Below, piece after piece: positions 13,877 to 25,800 of a stretch of 64,000 bases of DNA. Position 1 is the stretch's first letter, and each line of letters begins with the position of its first letter. The notes below the pieces were generated by a model that did not search any database, was not told the origin of the DNA, and saw only the letters and a program-made list of their open reading frames with translations. The stretch is from Geosiphon pyriformis uo1 (taxonomy: Eukaryota > Fungi > Glomeromycota): positions 4,880 to 68,879 of the forward strand of contig JAAOMT010000647.1 in the NCBI GenBank assembly GCA_016748015.1, written 5' to 3'. The position numbers were made by a program, and so were the translations under genes.

Positions 13877-16800
13877 GTGGCAACCACACTAAACACAGCA
13901 ACTATAGAATATTGCCAGTCAATTTACACCTACTGCAAGCAAAGATTCAACATTCCAGACGGAATTGAAGTTGTCAAGAAATCAGTATACCAATATATTG
14001 AAAACTGCATCAACAACTATCTTTTTGGAAATTACAATATCTCAGAAATTAGAAACAATCTTTACAATAATTTAGTACACTATTCACAATTGGGAACTGA
14101 AGACCTTAACAATGAAACACTTGCCACTTATTTTCAAGAACTTAATTTTAATATTATCAAGTACTGTGAAAAAACATATCCAGTACAGTCTCAATACTTT
14201 ATTGATTTCGAATTAGAGACAGAAACAAGCAACAAAGGCAAACAAAAATTGAAGCAATACTCAAGAATCATTCCAAATACCCTAATACTACAAAAGACAA
14301 CTGCCAAACACTTACAAACACCTGAACAAGGAACCAGTTCAAAACTTCCACTTACTATCACACCTTTTTCAGCTTCACTTGTATAAGCACAAACACTTAA
14401 TTCACTCTTAAATTGATTTGCAAGACCAGAAGATTTTACATTACTCAGAAGTCCCACCAAACAACAAGAACCCCTTCAAACTAATTCCAATCTCCTTGAC
14501 TTTCTAGCTGAAAATCAAAGTGAACACTCTGAGACAGCAGCAAACAAAAAAAACAACTCTGAAATACCTAAAGAAGAATTAATAGACAGTGAAAATGAAG
14601 AAGACAAAATGACAGCATACATCGCAAAAATCTCTGAATTTAATGGAGAAGACATTGAAACCAGTCCCCAAGAATGGCTCGACCAAGTTACTAAAGCTGG
14701 AGATGCAAATAAATGGAATGCTGCCAGAATTTTAAGAACAATTCCCTACTTTCTCAAAGGAACAGCAGGCGAATGGTTCGAAAACTTGACCACCCCTTTT
14801 AATGACTAGACAGCTTTCAAAACTGCCTTCTTAGAACAATTCACTGATAACAACACCTCAATCACACTTCGAAATCGTTTTTGCAATATCAAACAAGAAC
14901 TCTCCAAATTTGTTATGACTTATATTGGGAAATTCAACAAACTTCTCAGACAAATTCACCAACTTGAAACCAGTAATTATTATTCCGATGCTCAAATCTT
15001 GGACCAATTTATCGCTGGTTTAAAGGATAAACTGATTAAAAAGGTTCACCCACATGCCCCAGAAGATTTTAACTCTGTCATTCAGCATGCAAAGAGATAT
15101 GAAATGGCCATAGAAGAAGCCAACCATACAAAACTCATAAACTTAGTCATTGAAGAAACCAGCTCAGCAGCTGAGGAGAAAATTGACCAACTCACGAAAA
15201 AAGTCGAAAACTATTTTACCAACCAACAACAACAGCAATCCCAAAGATATTAACTACCCCAAAGACGAAATCAAAATAACTTCACATCATCCTCTAATAA
15301 CCAGCCTTAGAATTGCCATTACTATGGAATTCCTGGCCACTAGAAAAGAGATTGCAGAAAGCTACAACAAGACCAGTAAAACAGGAGTAATCAACGTTAT
15401 CCTTTACCACAACAATTTTATTATCAACCACCACCACCAACTTACTATCCACCAAGACCCCAATACCAAAATAACTATTATCAGCCCGCCCCACAGCCAA
15501 TTAAACAGCAATACCAACAACCACCCACACAACATTATCAAGTACTTGCTTGAAGATTGATTACACAAAATCAATTCACACCACAAAACCAATACCAAGT
15601 AAATGACAATAGAACCAGTTCAAACAACCAATTGGTTTTCTGAAATTCAGCTCAACTAAGACCCAACCACTATTATACTCAACCTAGTTATCTTATGATG
15701 CAAGAAGAACAGGATTTTCACCATACTGCACTCTCAGAAGATAGAGCTGCAACATGACAATAAAACTCTTTTTATACTTCTACCACAATCCCACCAGCCA
15801 GAATTGCTGGAAACACCAATCTTTCAGATATCTTCCCTTTTGAGTTCGAAGCAAATGAGTCATCATTCCTGCTTAGCAATGCAACTGCCAATGAACAAAA
15901 AGCAATCACTGCTATGTACACTGAAGCAGAAGTCGAAGGAAAGGCAATTTGCTTGATCCTAGACAGTGGATCTGCTGGAAGCATCATCATCTACTAGTTG
16001 ATGCAACAGTTAAAAAGAAATGTTGACTGACCAGCTCAGACAGTAATCGTCACTGCCGATGGCATGAAAAAGACTCCAGTAGGAGAAATTGACAATTTTT
16101 CATTCACCCTTGATGGAATCATCATTTCAGTCAAAGTTCTTATAATAGATGCTCCTCAGTATCAAGCTCTTGTCGGAAATAACTGGCTTCAAAAAGCCAA
16201 TGCAAAATTAGACTGGGAAACCCAAGAACTACAAATTTCTTACCAAGGACAACATGTCCGAGTACCTGCCACTTGTGGTACATTCAACAAATGTTCCAAA
16301 AAAGCCCTAGCTTTTGAATTCAAGCCAGAAGAAGAAAAACCAATAATTGAAACATTCATGGCTCTTGGATCAACATCCAATTGGGCCGATAAAACTGAAC
16401 AAAAACATTTTATCCCACATTCTAAACCCGAAACCCCTGAATGGAATACCTCTTACTCAAAAACTGAGCCAAGAAAACAATGCTCCTACATTCCCCTTAA
16501 ATGTAAGGACTGTTACAAGAAACTATCATCAATGGGAGCTTGTATTTCACCTGAGGAAGAATATGAAAGTCACACCTGCTACTATTGCAAGGCCTGCCAT
16601 TGAGAATGATGGGGCCACTTAATTAAAAGAAGTGGAAAATGGGATGGAACACCCTGTCTTATTTGTGGAAAGCAGCTTCTTAATGAATGTGACTGGATTG
16701 ATGTTGTATTTAGAGGAGGAGTCTGTGATCAAACTTGTCAATATGCTCTTTTTATTGCAGAAAAAGTAAAATGTAGAATACCTTTCAATGCCGCATACAA

Positions 16801-19495
16801 TAGTGTTTTCAGCAAACTCTATCACTATCTCTATGACACCAAAATAATCTATGAATTTGTCATGGTTTTAATTAACAGAAGAACCAAAAAAGATGTTCTT
16901 CAAATGAAGGAAGCAGAATATATTGAATATACATTGGAATTAGCTGGATTTGATTATAAAGATAAAGCAGAAATATACCACTAAATCACAAGTCACACTT
17001 ACCTGATCCAACAAGCTCAAATTCAATGATTAGAGCAAATAAACATTAAATTATGCGAAGAATGTATAATGCCATGTGATGAACAATGGTGTCTTAAATG
17101 CTATGCTTTTAGCATTCCATTGCTCAGCAAAAGTGATGAATACAAAATCGAATTTGGAGAACCTAAAACAACAGAGAAAATTGAAACAACACCCATCTAT
17201 CTTATTAAAAACCAGCCTGCTTTACAACTCAAATACTTCAACAACAATGGGCAAGGAATAAAACTGGAAAAAGCACATGAAATTGATGCTGGATACAATC
17301 TACGATATCCAGGAAAAGACACTTTGGTTCTTCAACCAAATTCTTTTACCAAAATCAATCTCAAAATTGCCCTCAAAATCCCACCAGGAGCAATAGTCCA
17401 AATCACTTCCCAATCATCATTGGCAAGCAAAAAAATCAATGTTAGAGGAGGAATCATAGATGCTGTATATACAGGAGACATTACAATCATGTTACAAAAT
17501 GAAACCAATAAACCTTTTCAAATTAAACATGCTGAAAAAATTGCTCAAGCTATTTATTTACTCTTAATCAACATTTCGGGTTTACAATTAGTCAATCAAA
17601 GAGAACAATTGGGAAAAAGTGAAAAAGAAACCCAAGGTTTCAGTTCAACTGGACAATTCACAGTTCCAGTAAACATAGCTCTTGATGAACAGAAAGAATC
17701 TCACCAGATTTTACGACTTCCACAACCAATTACCATCTCACCTTTTGGAAAACACCCTGAAATTTACACTTGTGAAAAGCCAACAACCACACAACAAATT
17801 TTTGAGTCCAACAAACAAATCTGCTTGGAACATAATATCTCAAACCCAAACATTTATATTCCAGAAAGAACAAAGAAAGTCCGAGTTACTTTTTACAATC
17901 CCAATAATTTCCCTATAGTTTTATCAAATAACTTAGAAATTGGAGTTATTTACAGTAATATCTTTCAACAAGAATCACCCCAAACAGTCCCTGATTTCTC
18001 TGAAATTATTGGACATTCACTACTAAAAATCAATCCAAACTTCAGCTCTGAAAACTACCATGTTGTCATGGAAAAACTATCTCGAATCAACATGAGAAAA
18101 CTTGAACCACAACAACAGAGCCAGCTCAAAGAGCTAATTGCAAAATTTGCCGATATTTTTGCTGAAAACAACAATGACTTAGGAAGAATCAATTTGGTTC
18201 AACATCAAATCTACACAGGAGGTGCCAAACCAAGGCGACAACAAGCCTACTGAGTTGCTCCAAAAAGTCACCAATTTATCTAAGAAGAAGTACAATGGAT
18301 GCTTAACAATGGGCTTATTCAACTATCAATAAGTCTATAGGTCTTGCCTGTGGTCTTAGTTAAAAAGAAAAATGGAAAGATACAATTTTGTGTTGATTAT
18401 CGACAACTCAACAGTGTAACCATTGGAGATGCCTACCTTCTTCTCCAAATCAATAACATGCTGGATGCCCTTGGAAAATCCAAATACTTTTCAACATTAG
18501 ATTTAGAGAGTGAATACTGGCAAGTTGCCATGGATTTCAAAAATCACCCCAAAACAGCATTCACCATTCAAGAAGGAAATTACAAGTTTAACATAATGCT
18601 TTTTGGATTATGCAATGCACCAGCAACATTCCAAAAACTCATGGATGTTGTTTACAAAGATCTTCTTTGAAAATCAGTAGTTGTTTATCTCAATGATACT
18701 AATGTTTATTCACCATCTTTTGAATTACACTTAAAACACCTGCAAGAAGTTTTTCAATGATTATGGAAAGCAGGATTGAAACTGAACATTGAAAAATGCT
18801 ACTTCGAAAAAACAAGTTTGGCTTTTCTTGGTCACATTGTTAGCAAAGATGGAATTAAACCAGACCCTGGAAAAATCAGCACTGTCAAGAACTTCAAGAC
18901 TCCATGAAATACCACAGAATTAAGAGGATTTATTGGATTAGCATCCTATTACCGAAAATTCATCAAAGGATTCTCAGAAATTGCAAAACCCCTCAACCAG
19001 CTCACTACTAAAAATGGCAAATACAAATAGACAGAAGAACACCAAAAAGCTTTTAAAATTCTCAAGGAAAAGTTAACAACAGCTCCAATTCTTGCTTACC
19101 CAGACTTCAGTAACTGATTTTGATTAGCTACAGATGCTTTTTACACTGCTTTTGGTGCCATCTTATCACAATTAGATGACAATAGAAATAAGCAAGTAAT
19201 CGCTTATACTAGCAGAACATTAAAACCAGCTGAAAAAAACTACCCTGTCATGGAACTAGAAACAGCAGCTGTAATTTGGGCCTTGCATCACTTCAACTTT
19301 TATCTCAGACCCAAAGAATTCGATATTATCACTGATAATATTGGACTCAAATGGCTTCAAAACAAAAACACTTAACTAAACGCAAAACAAACCCGATGGA
19401 CAGGATTTCTAGCCAACTACTGATACATCGTACACTATAAACCAGGAAAACTTCACATTAACATTGATTGTCTCTTAAGAATGAGACAAGATTAA
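13877..19495 (+). pseudogene. Single-frame Gag-protease-Cys-rich-dUTPase-RT-RNase H polyprotein with premature stops; true start uncertain
   Basis: ORFs at 13877, 14609, 14915, 16064, 17069 and 18344 share one frame. CCHC remnant ~15314-15355, LILDSGSAGS (D at 15962), FCVDYRQLN, YLND at 18686, TDA at 19130. Ends KPGKLHINIDCLLRMRQD*. Confidence 0.9.
17230..17655 (+). other. Trimeric dUTPase domain within pol
   Basis: Motif remnants DAGYNL, SQSSLA, GIIDAVYTG, KIAQAI, GFSSTG. Confidence 0.92.
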
Positions 19496-19541
19496 AATAT
19501 AAAACCAACACCCATTTGAATTAACAACAAAACAACAAACA

Positions 19542-20927
19542 ATGAATTCTGAAAACTACAACAATCTTAAAAAATATTTGGAGACATTAACAATTCCAAC
19601 AGATTGGTCCCCAGATGAAAAACATTGGTTAAAACAACAAGCCAAACAATATTTCTTATACAACAACATAATTTATTATCAAAACTTCAAAAACCCAGAC
19701 AATCTGCTCAGATTAATACAAGAACATGAAAAAGAAACCATTTTATATAACATGCACTCAGACCCTTTATCAGCACACCTAGGAAAAGACAGCACCACCT
19801 AGAGAACACTAGAATATTACTTTTGGCCTCGAATGAGAAAAGACATTCATGAATACGTTAAGTCTTGTGATAGTTGTCAAAGAAGAGAAGGAACTCACCC
19901 TACAGAACCTTTAAACCCAATCAAAGTTGGACAGCTCTTTGACCGAGTTGGTATCGATTTAGTTAGACCACTACCTATCACAAACCAAGGAAACCATTAT
20001 ATTGCAGTAGCTGTAGACTATCTTATCAAATGGCCCAAAACCAGAGCCATTTAATAAGCAGATGCAAAATCAGTAGCAAATTTCATCCACAAAAACATTA
20101 TTTGTAGACATGGATGCCCAATAGAACTTTTATCTGATCAAAGAACACATTTTGTGAACAATTTAATCCAGAAAATTTATGAATAATTTAATATCAAGAG
20201 ACTATTATCTTTGTCCTACTATCCACAAACAAATGGACTTATAGAATGTTTTAACAGAACATTGTGTGAATTATTAGCCAAAGTTTCAACCAATTTTGAG
20301 CAAGAATGGGATCTTTTTATTCCATTAGTGTTACTAGCATATAGAACACTAAAACAAGATACTACAAAACACATACTATTTGATTTAACCTACGGAAGGA
20401 CAGCAACATTACCAATTAGTTTTACAGTAAAGACATATCCAGTACAACCAATCAATAAAGACAACTTTCAGGAAACACTACAACAAAGAGCCTACACTCT
20501 GTTTAGCATGTTGAAAGGAAAATGACAAATAGCAGCCACCCATATTAAACACTCCCAAGCTCAACAAAAAGAACGGCATGATGACAAATTGCCTCCAGTT
20601 ATCAATGAATTTAAAATCAGAAACAAAGTTCTCTTACACAGAACTAAAGCTAAAAAACAATGGAGTGGAAAATTCAAAAATAAATAAGATGAATCATTCT
20701 TTATCCATGAAGTTCTAGGCAACGGATCATACAAGCTAAGACTAGATAACAAAATCTTAGCAAAAGTTGCACATGAAGATCATTTGAAACACTATAATTC
20801 CAGAAACAATCTTGAACCATTAATTCCACAAATTGGTACACATTTCCCTTTAATCAATCTCAAAGATATTCTCCGAAATTTAGAACCAATAATTGTTATT
20901 AAACAACCTCCCAACTTGAATACTTAA
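19542..20927 (+). pseudogene. Integrase as a separate ORF (HHCC, DDE core, GPY/F region), with premature stops
   Basis: Own ATG 46 nt after the RNase H stop, in a different frame. MHSDPLSAHLG..CDSCQ, GIDLV, LSDQ, YPQTNGLIECFN, WSGKF..GNGSYKL. Confidence 0.88.
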
Positions 20928-21046
20928 CTTAAATTTATTATAAGTTATCTTCTTATAATTTAGAAACAATTTCACAAAAACAAAGCAAAAATAACATAAA
21001 AACCCATACACCAAAAATAATTTTCTTTTATTTCAAATTTCTTATA

Positions 21047-21766
21047 ATGACTATTCCTCAAAACATTCAACAATTATCTCAAAAACTAATGTTAGCTTTA
21101 AAAACAATACCCGAATTATCCATTACTATTACTGGAAACCACATTAATTATACCCAAACAGAAGTAGTTACAAATTTAACCCCAAATTCATGAAAATATC
21201 ACCCATATAAAAAGAACACAAGAAGTTATTCTGGAATTCACCTGCCAAAACTTTTAAAACTTGCTTTAAGAGAAAACTTAATACTCACTCTGATTAGTAT
21301 TCCACCAAATACTACAATTTAACAAAGACTTCAACTGTGTCTCAATGAGGAAAACACTGAATATCCTCCAATCTATAGATATTTTCATATTGGAAAAACA
21401 CTCTACGAATGAAAACTGGAACTTACAACAGCAAATCTCACAAAAGAAGCTATTTAGAAACAACTCCACAATGAATTCAAGACAACAATTGGACCAACAA
21501 ACAGTCATTACAAGCTCAGAGCTGTTATTACACTTTATGACCTATTTCACACTTGTAAAAACGTCTTACAAAACCCAATTTTACAACCCTTGAAGATTCA
21601 ATACATTGGAAAGCTTGCAAAACTGGAATTTTAAAAATTTTCAGACCAAATTTCTTCAATAATCTTGGATTACTATCTGGAAATTACAGAGAGTACTTGG
21701 ACTTCGATGGAGCTCAGTTTTGAGGAGGAAATTATGTTACTAGACGAAATTAGAGATATTATTTAG
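21047..21766 (+). pseudogene. ORF3 of the retrotransposon, unknown function, ~240 codons, running into the 3' LTR
   Basis: Frame from ATG 21047 is open apart from a few stops revertible by single transitions. Similar to the frame starting at 8791. Confidence 0.6.
21721..21734 (+). promoter_or_regulatory. Polypurine tract
   Basis: tgaggaggaaatta immediately before the 3' LTR tgttac. Confidence 0.75.
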
Positions 21767-22703
21767 CATGAAATTATCTTTATAATTTCTATCATTAATT
21801 AGTATATATTATTATTTCAAATTATTACTTATTACATTAGCAAAAATGTCCGAAATTATCATTTAATTAATAACTCAATTTGTACATAACACAGATGTAA
21901 CCTAATTGTAATGATCAATTATGCAATACCCCAAAATATGTAACATTCAAAAGTTCACCAAAATTTGTAGAAATTCGTTGAAATAATTGATAGTTTACTG
22001 AAATATCTAGTAGTTTGCAGAAATAACTTGTAGTTCACCAAAATATATCTTTAGTTCAGTGAAATTGTAGAAAAGAGCAAAGTTCAAGTTTATAGAATAG
22101 TGTTACAACAAGTTGTATAAAAGAAGAGCTTCTTTCTTCAAAAAAATGTATCTTACTTCAGATTTAACAATTAGAATCATCCTTTATACACAAAAACAAA
22201 ATAAATATCAAATAATTTGAAAAATCAAATCCTTAATTATTTCTTTTTTGCAATTAACCAATTTTTACTAAACAGTTTAAAATTGACTAGCTACTAATTT
22301 CAGTAAACTATTAAAATGCTTTTAGGCCTGGATCCAAAATGACTTTAACAAATCAATTTCTTATTTCTTTTTTTTTGTTTTTTTTGTTTTTTTTTTCTTT
22401 TCTTATCATAATCATTAAAGTAGCCTACAGATGAGAATTCCTGTAAAAGAGTTGACTTTCACAGCAAAGTAACTACACATTTTTAGTGAGCTTTCAGATG
22501 AGCAATTCCTAGGAAAAAGTTGACATTTACTACAATATAACTACATAAAGTAACTGGCACAGAATTGGCCATTCCACTATAAGCCCAGCAGTTCAAATTA
22601 TAGGAAATAATTTGAAGATAAAATTCAGTTATCAGAGGTTCAAACACTTCTCATAGTTGTGAACTAACAGCATTACAACAAACATACAAGAGCTAAGAAG
22701 AGA
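21735..22703 (+). repeat. 3' LTR, family B; last ~19 bp missing
   Basis: Matches the 5' LTR up to gctaagaagaga. Confidence 0.9.
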
Positions 22704-22887
22704 AGCTAAGAGATTTATCACTTATATAGTTATCAAAAATAATCAATGATCAGATCAATGATCAGATTAATGATTAGATCAATGATCAGATTAATGATTA
22801 CTATTTAAAAATAGAATGGCTAATTATATAACATCAGTGGCTAATACATGTGATAATTAATAAGAAGTATAAGTTTCAACTGTAACA
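22704..22887 (-). repeat. Outer part of the minus-strand element's 5' LTR, with a 12-bp tandem repeat
   Basis: Ends gtaaca at 22887. About five copies of atcaatgatcag at 22742-22800. Confidence 0.55.
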
Positions 22888-25800
22888 ATATATTAACTAT
22901 AAAAAAAAAATAAAAGATTAACTCCAAATTTTTAAAATAAAACCAAACATTTGTAAGTCAGAAGAGATTGATATCATTAATTTCTACATACTAGCCAAAA
23001 ACCACAAACACATCAAGATTCCAATATACAACACAATTAAAACTTCATAAAAATCCCAAGTAGAACTATTATTGAATATTTAAACATTGAAATTAAGAGT
23101 TAATTACCAACAATCATTCTAGATTTTCTATAACTTTGAGGATATGTGGATATTATATCACAAACAATTTATAAATGAAAAAAATGTTATTTTTTACAAC
23201 CAAAACAGTTAGAGCAAATAAACTTAAAGAATTTAAACTCATTTCAATATATATAATTCAAGATGCTATTTAAAAATTTTACTAATATCTTTGTTAGTAA
23301 AAACAAATTTAGTAGAATTAATATCATTCAATATTAAATTAAAACTAGAGATATAAGCCAATTAAACAAAAAGCATACAAAGTACCACTTATTAACCATA
23401 AGATTATCCAACAAGAAATCAACTAAATATTGGACAACAGATTAATTTAACTATTAATAAGTCTATGATTATTACTAATAGTACTCATCTGAAAAAAAAT
23501 AGAAAAATCTGCTTTTGTGTAAATTTTATAAAGCTTAACAATATAATTTATGAAGACAATTATTCAACTTTATAAATCTAAAAACTATTTAATGCTTTTA
23601 AAAAGAAAAAATAATTCTCAATATTGGATTTAGATAGTGGTTATTAGCAAATAATCATAAATTTAATTGACAAAAAGAAGACAGTATTTACTATTAGAAA
23701 AGAGAATTTTGAATTTAATGTTATGTTATTTAGCTTAATTATTGCTTCAGCTATTTTTCAATGGCTTATAGAAATTGTCTATACCAAATTACTATAAAAA
23801 TTAGTGATAGTTTATTTAAATAACACCAATATGTTCTTAAAAACATTTGATAATTATTTCTATTATTTTTAATAAATGTTTAAAAAATTAAGATAAGCAA
23901 AAATAAAATTAAATATTATTAAGTATTTTTTTGGAAAAACTAAATTCAAATTTTTGAAATATGTTGTAAACAAAGATACATAAAAACAAATCCAAACAAA
24001 ATTAAGATAATTAAGAACTTTTTAGTATCAACAAATTTTACAGAATTAAAAGCATTCTGAGATTTGTTAAATATTATTGTTATTTTATTCAAAACTTCTT
24101 TAAATTAGCTCAACTACTTTATCAGTTCTAAGCAAAAAATGTTAAATATAAATGAACTGAAATTTAACAAGAAGTTTTTAATATCTTAAGAAGAAAGCTT
24201 ATTCAAACTCTAGTATTGATATATTTAGATTATAACAAGTTATTTATCATTACTACCAATATATTTAATTAAATATTAGAAGCTGTATTGTTATAAAAAA
24301 GAGCTGATAAATAAGAACATCCAGTAATATATGCCAGCTAAAGTTCAGCTAAAAAGAATTATAAAACTTTAGCATTGAAACATTTAGTTATTTATTAGAC
24401 TGATATTAAATAAAAAAAATACTTGAATTAGAAATTTGATGTATATACTAATCACAAAAAATTGACATCAATTTAAAAACAAAAATTTGAAAACAATTGC
24501 CATATAAAATAGAAAATAGAACTATTATTATTTAATTATACTGTATATTATAAAAATGAAAATATTAATGGCTTGTTATAAATGAGATAAATTTAATTAT
24601 TCTAATCCAAAAATATAACAAAAGATGAATACACAAAAATATTAACAACTCTAATATTATATTAATATTCAACAATTCAAAGAAAAATTATTTCAAAAAT
24701 AACAAAACAACATAAAACAACAATCAAAATATTTTATTATTTACCAAAATATACTATATTAAAAAAATAGAAAATATCCAGACCAGTCACTCAAAGTAAT
24801 TACAAAACCAGAGAAAAAAACAATACTGTTTAACATGTACTCAAATTTAACAGCAGAACATTTTTATAAAGAAACAGTCATAGAAAGAATCAGAAAAAAA
24901 TACTACTAATTATCTATGTATTTAGACATTATCTAATATGTTTAAAATTGTGATGTTTGTCAAAAAAAAGGAACAAGACTCAGTAAACCACTAAGACCAA
25001 TCAAAATAGAACAATCATTTAATTAAATTAAAATTAACTTAGTTAGACTATTAATAATAACCAGTAAAAATAATTAATATATAGTAATAACCATGAATTA
25101 TTTTACAAAATGACCAGAAATAAAAACAATTTAAAGAGCAAATACAAAATTCATAGCCAAATTTATACACCAAAATTTAATTTGTTAATATGAATATCTA
25201 AAAAAAATTGTTATTAGACCAAAAAACTTACTTTGTAAACAAAACATTAACAGAATTAAGTTAAAAATTTGAAATTAAGAAACCATTATTATCATCATAT
25301 TATCCATAAACAAATGACTTAGTTGAAAGATTTAATAGAACATTGTATGAACTAATAATTAAAATAAACTAAAAAAACCAGGATAAATAGAATTTGTTTA
25401 TTCTATTAATATTATTTACTTATTGAACAATAAAGCAAAATACAATACAAGCAATACTATTTAAATTAGTCTATAGTAGAACAACAAAATTACAAGTTAA
25501 GATAAATATTAATACATATTTAACAAAATCAATAACAGAAGTCAATTTTTAAAGAATATTGTTAAAAAAAACATATAACTTAATAAAAACTTTAGAAAAT
25601 AAAAAGTAAAGAACAACTGATAATATATAAAAGTTACAAACAAAACAAAAAAAATGACATAATAACCAATTATCAGATAAATCAGTCAAATTTAAGATTA
25701 GAAACAAAGTACTTTTATATTATACCAAAATAAAAAAACAATAGAATAAAAAATTTGATTCTAAATAAGACAAACTATTTTACATTGAAAAAATTCTAGA

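Larger units (their letters stand above)
12818..22703 (+). mobile_element. Near full-length Ty3/Gypsy LTR retrotransposon with dUTPase (family B), inactivated by nonsense transitions
   Basis: Two ~1 kb direct LTRs, PBS, PPT and domain order gag-PR-dUT-RT-RH-IN. Confidence 0.95.

Noticed and set aside
20760-20927. Chromodomain at the integrase C-terminus
   Set aside because: No chromodomain motif recognised after the GPY/F region.
13877-20927. Alternative genetic code or programmed readthrough explaining in-frame stops
   Set aside because: Stops are of all three types, sit at Trp/Gln/Arg positions and differ between copies; neighbouring host genes use the standard code.
21047-21766. env gene
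   Set aside because: Too short and hydrophilic; no signal peptide or transmembrane segment visible.
22742-22800. CRISPR-like or regulatory array
   Set aside because: Head-to-tail 12-mers without spacers inside an LTR, in a eukaryotic context.
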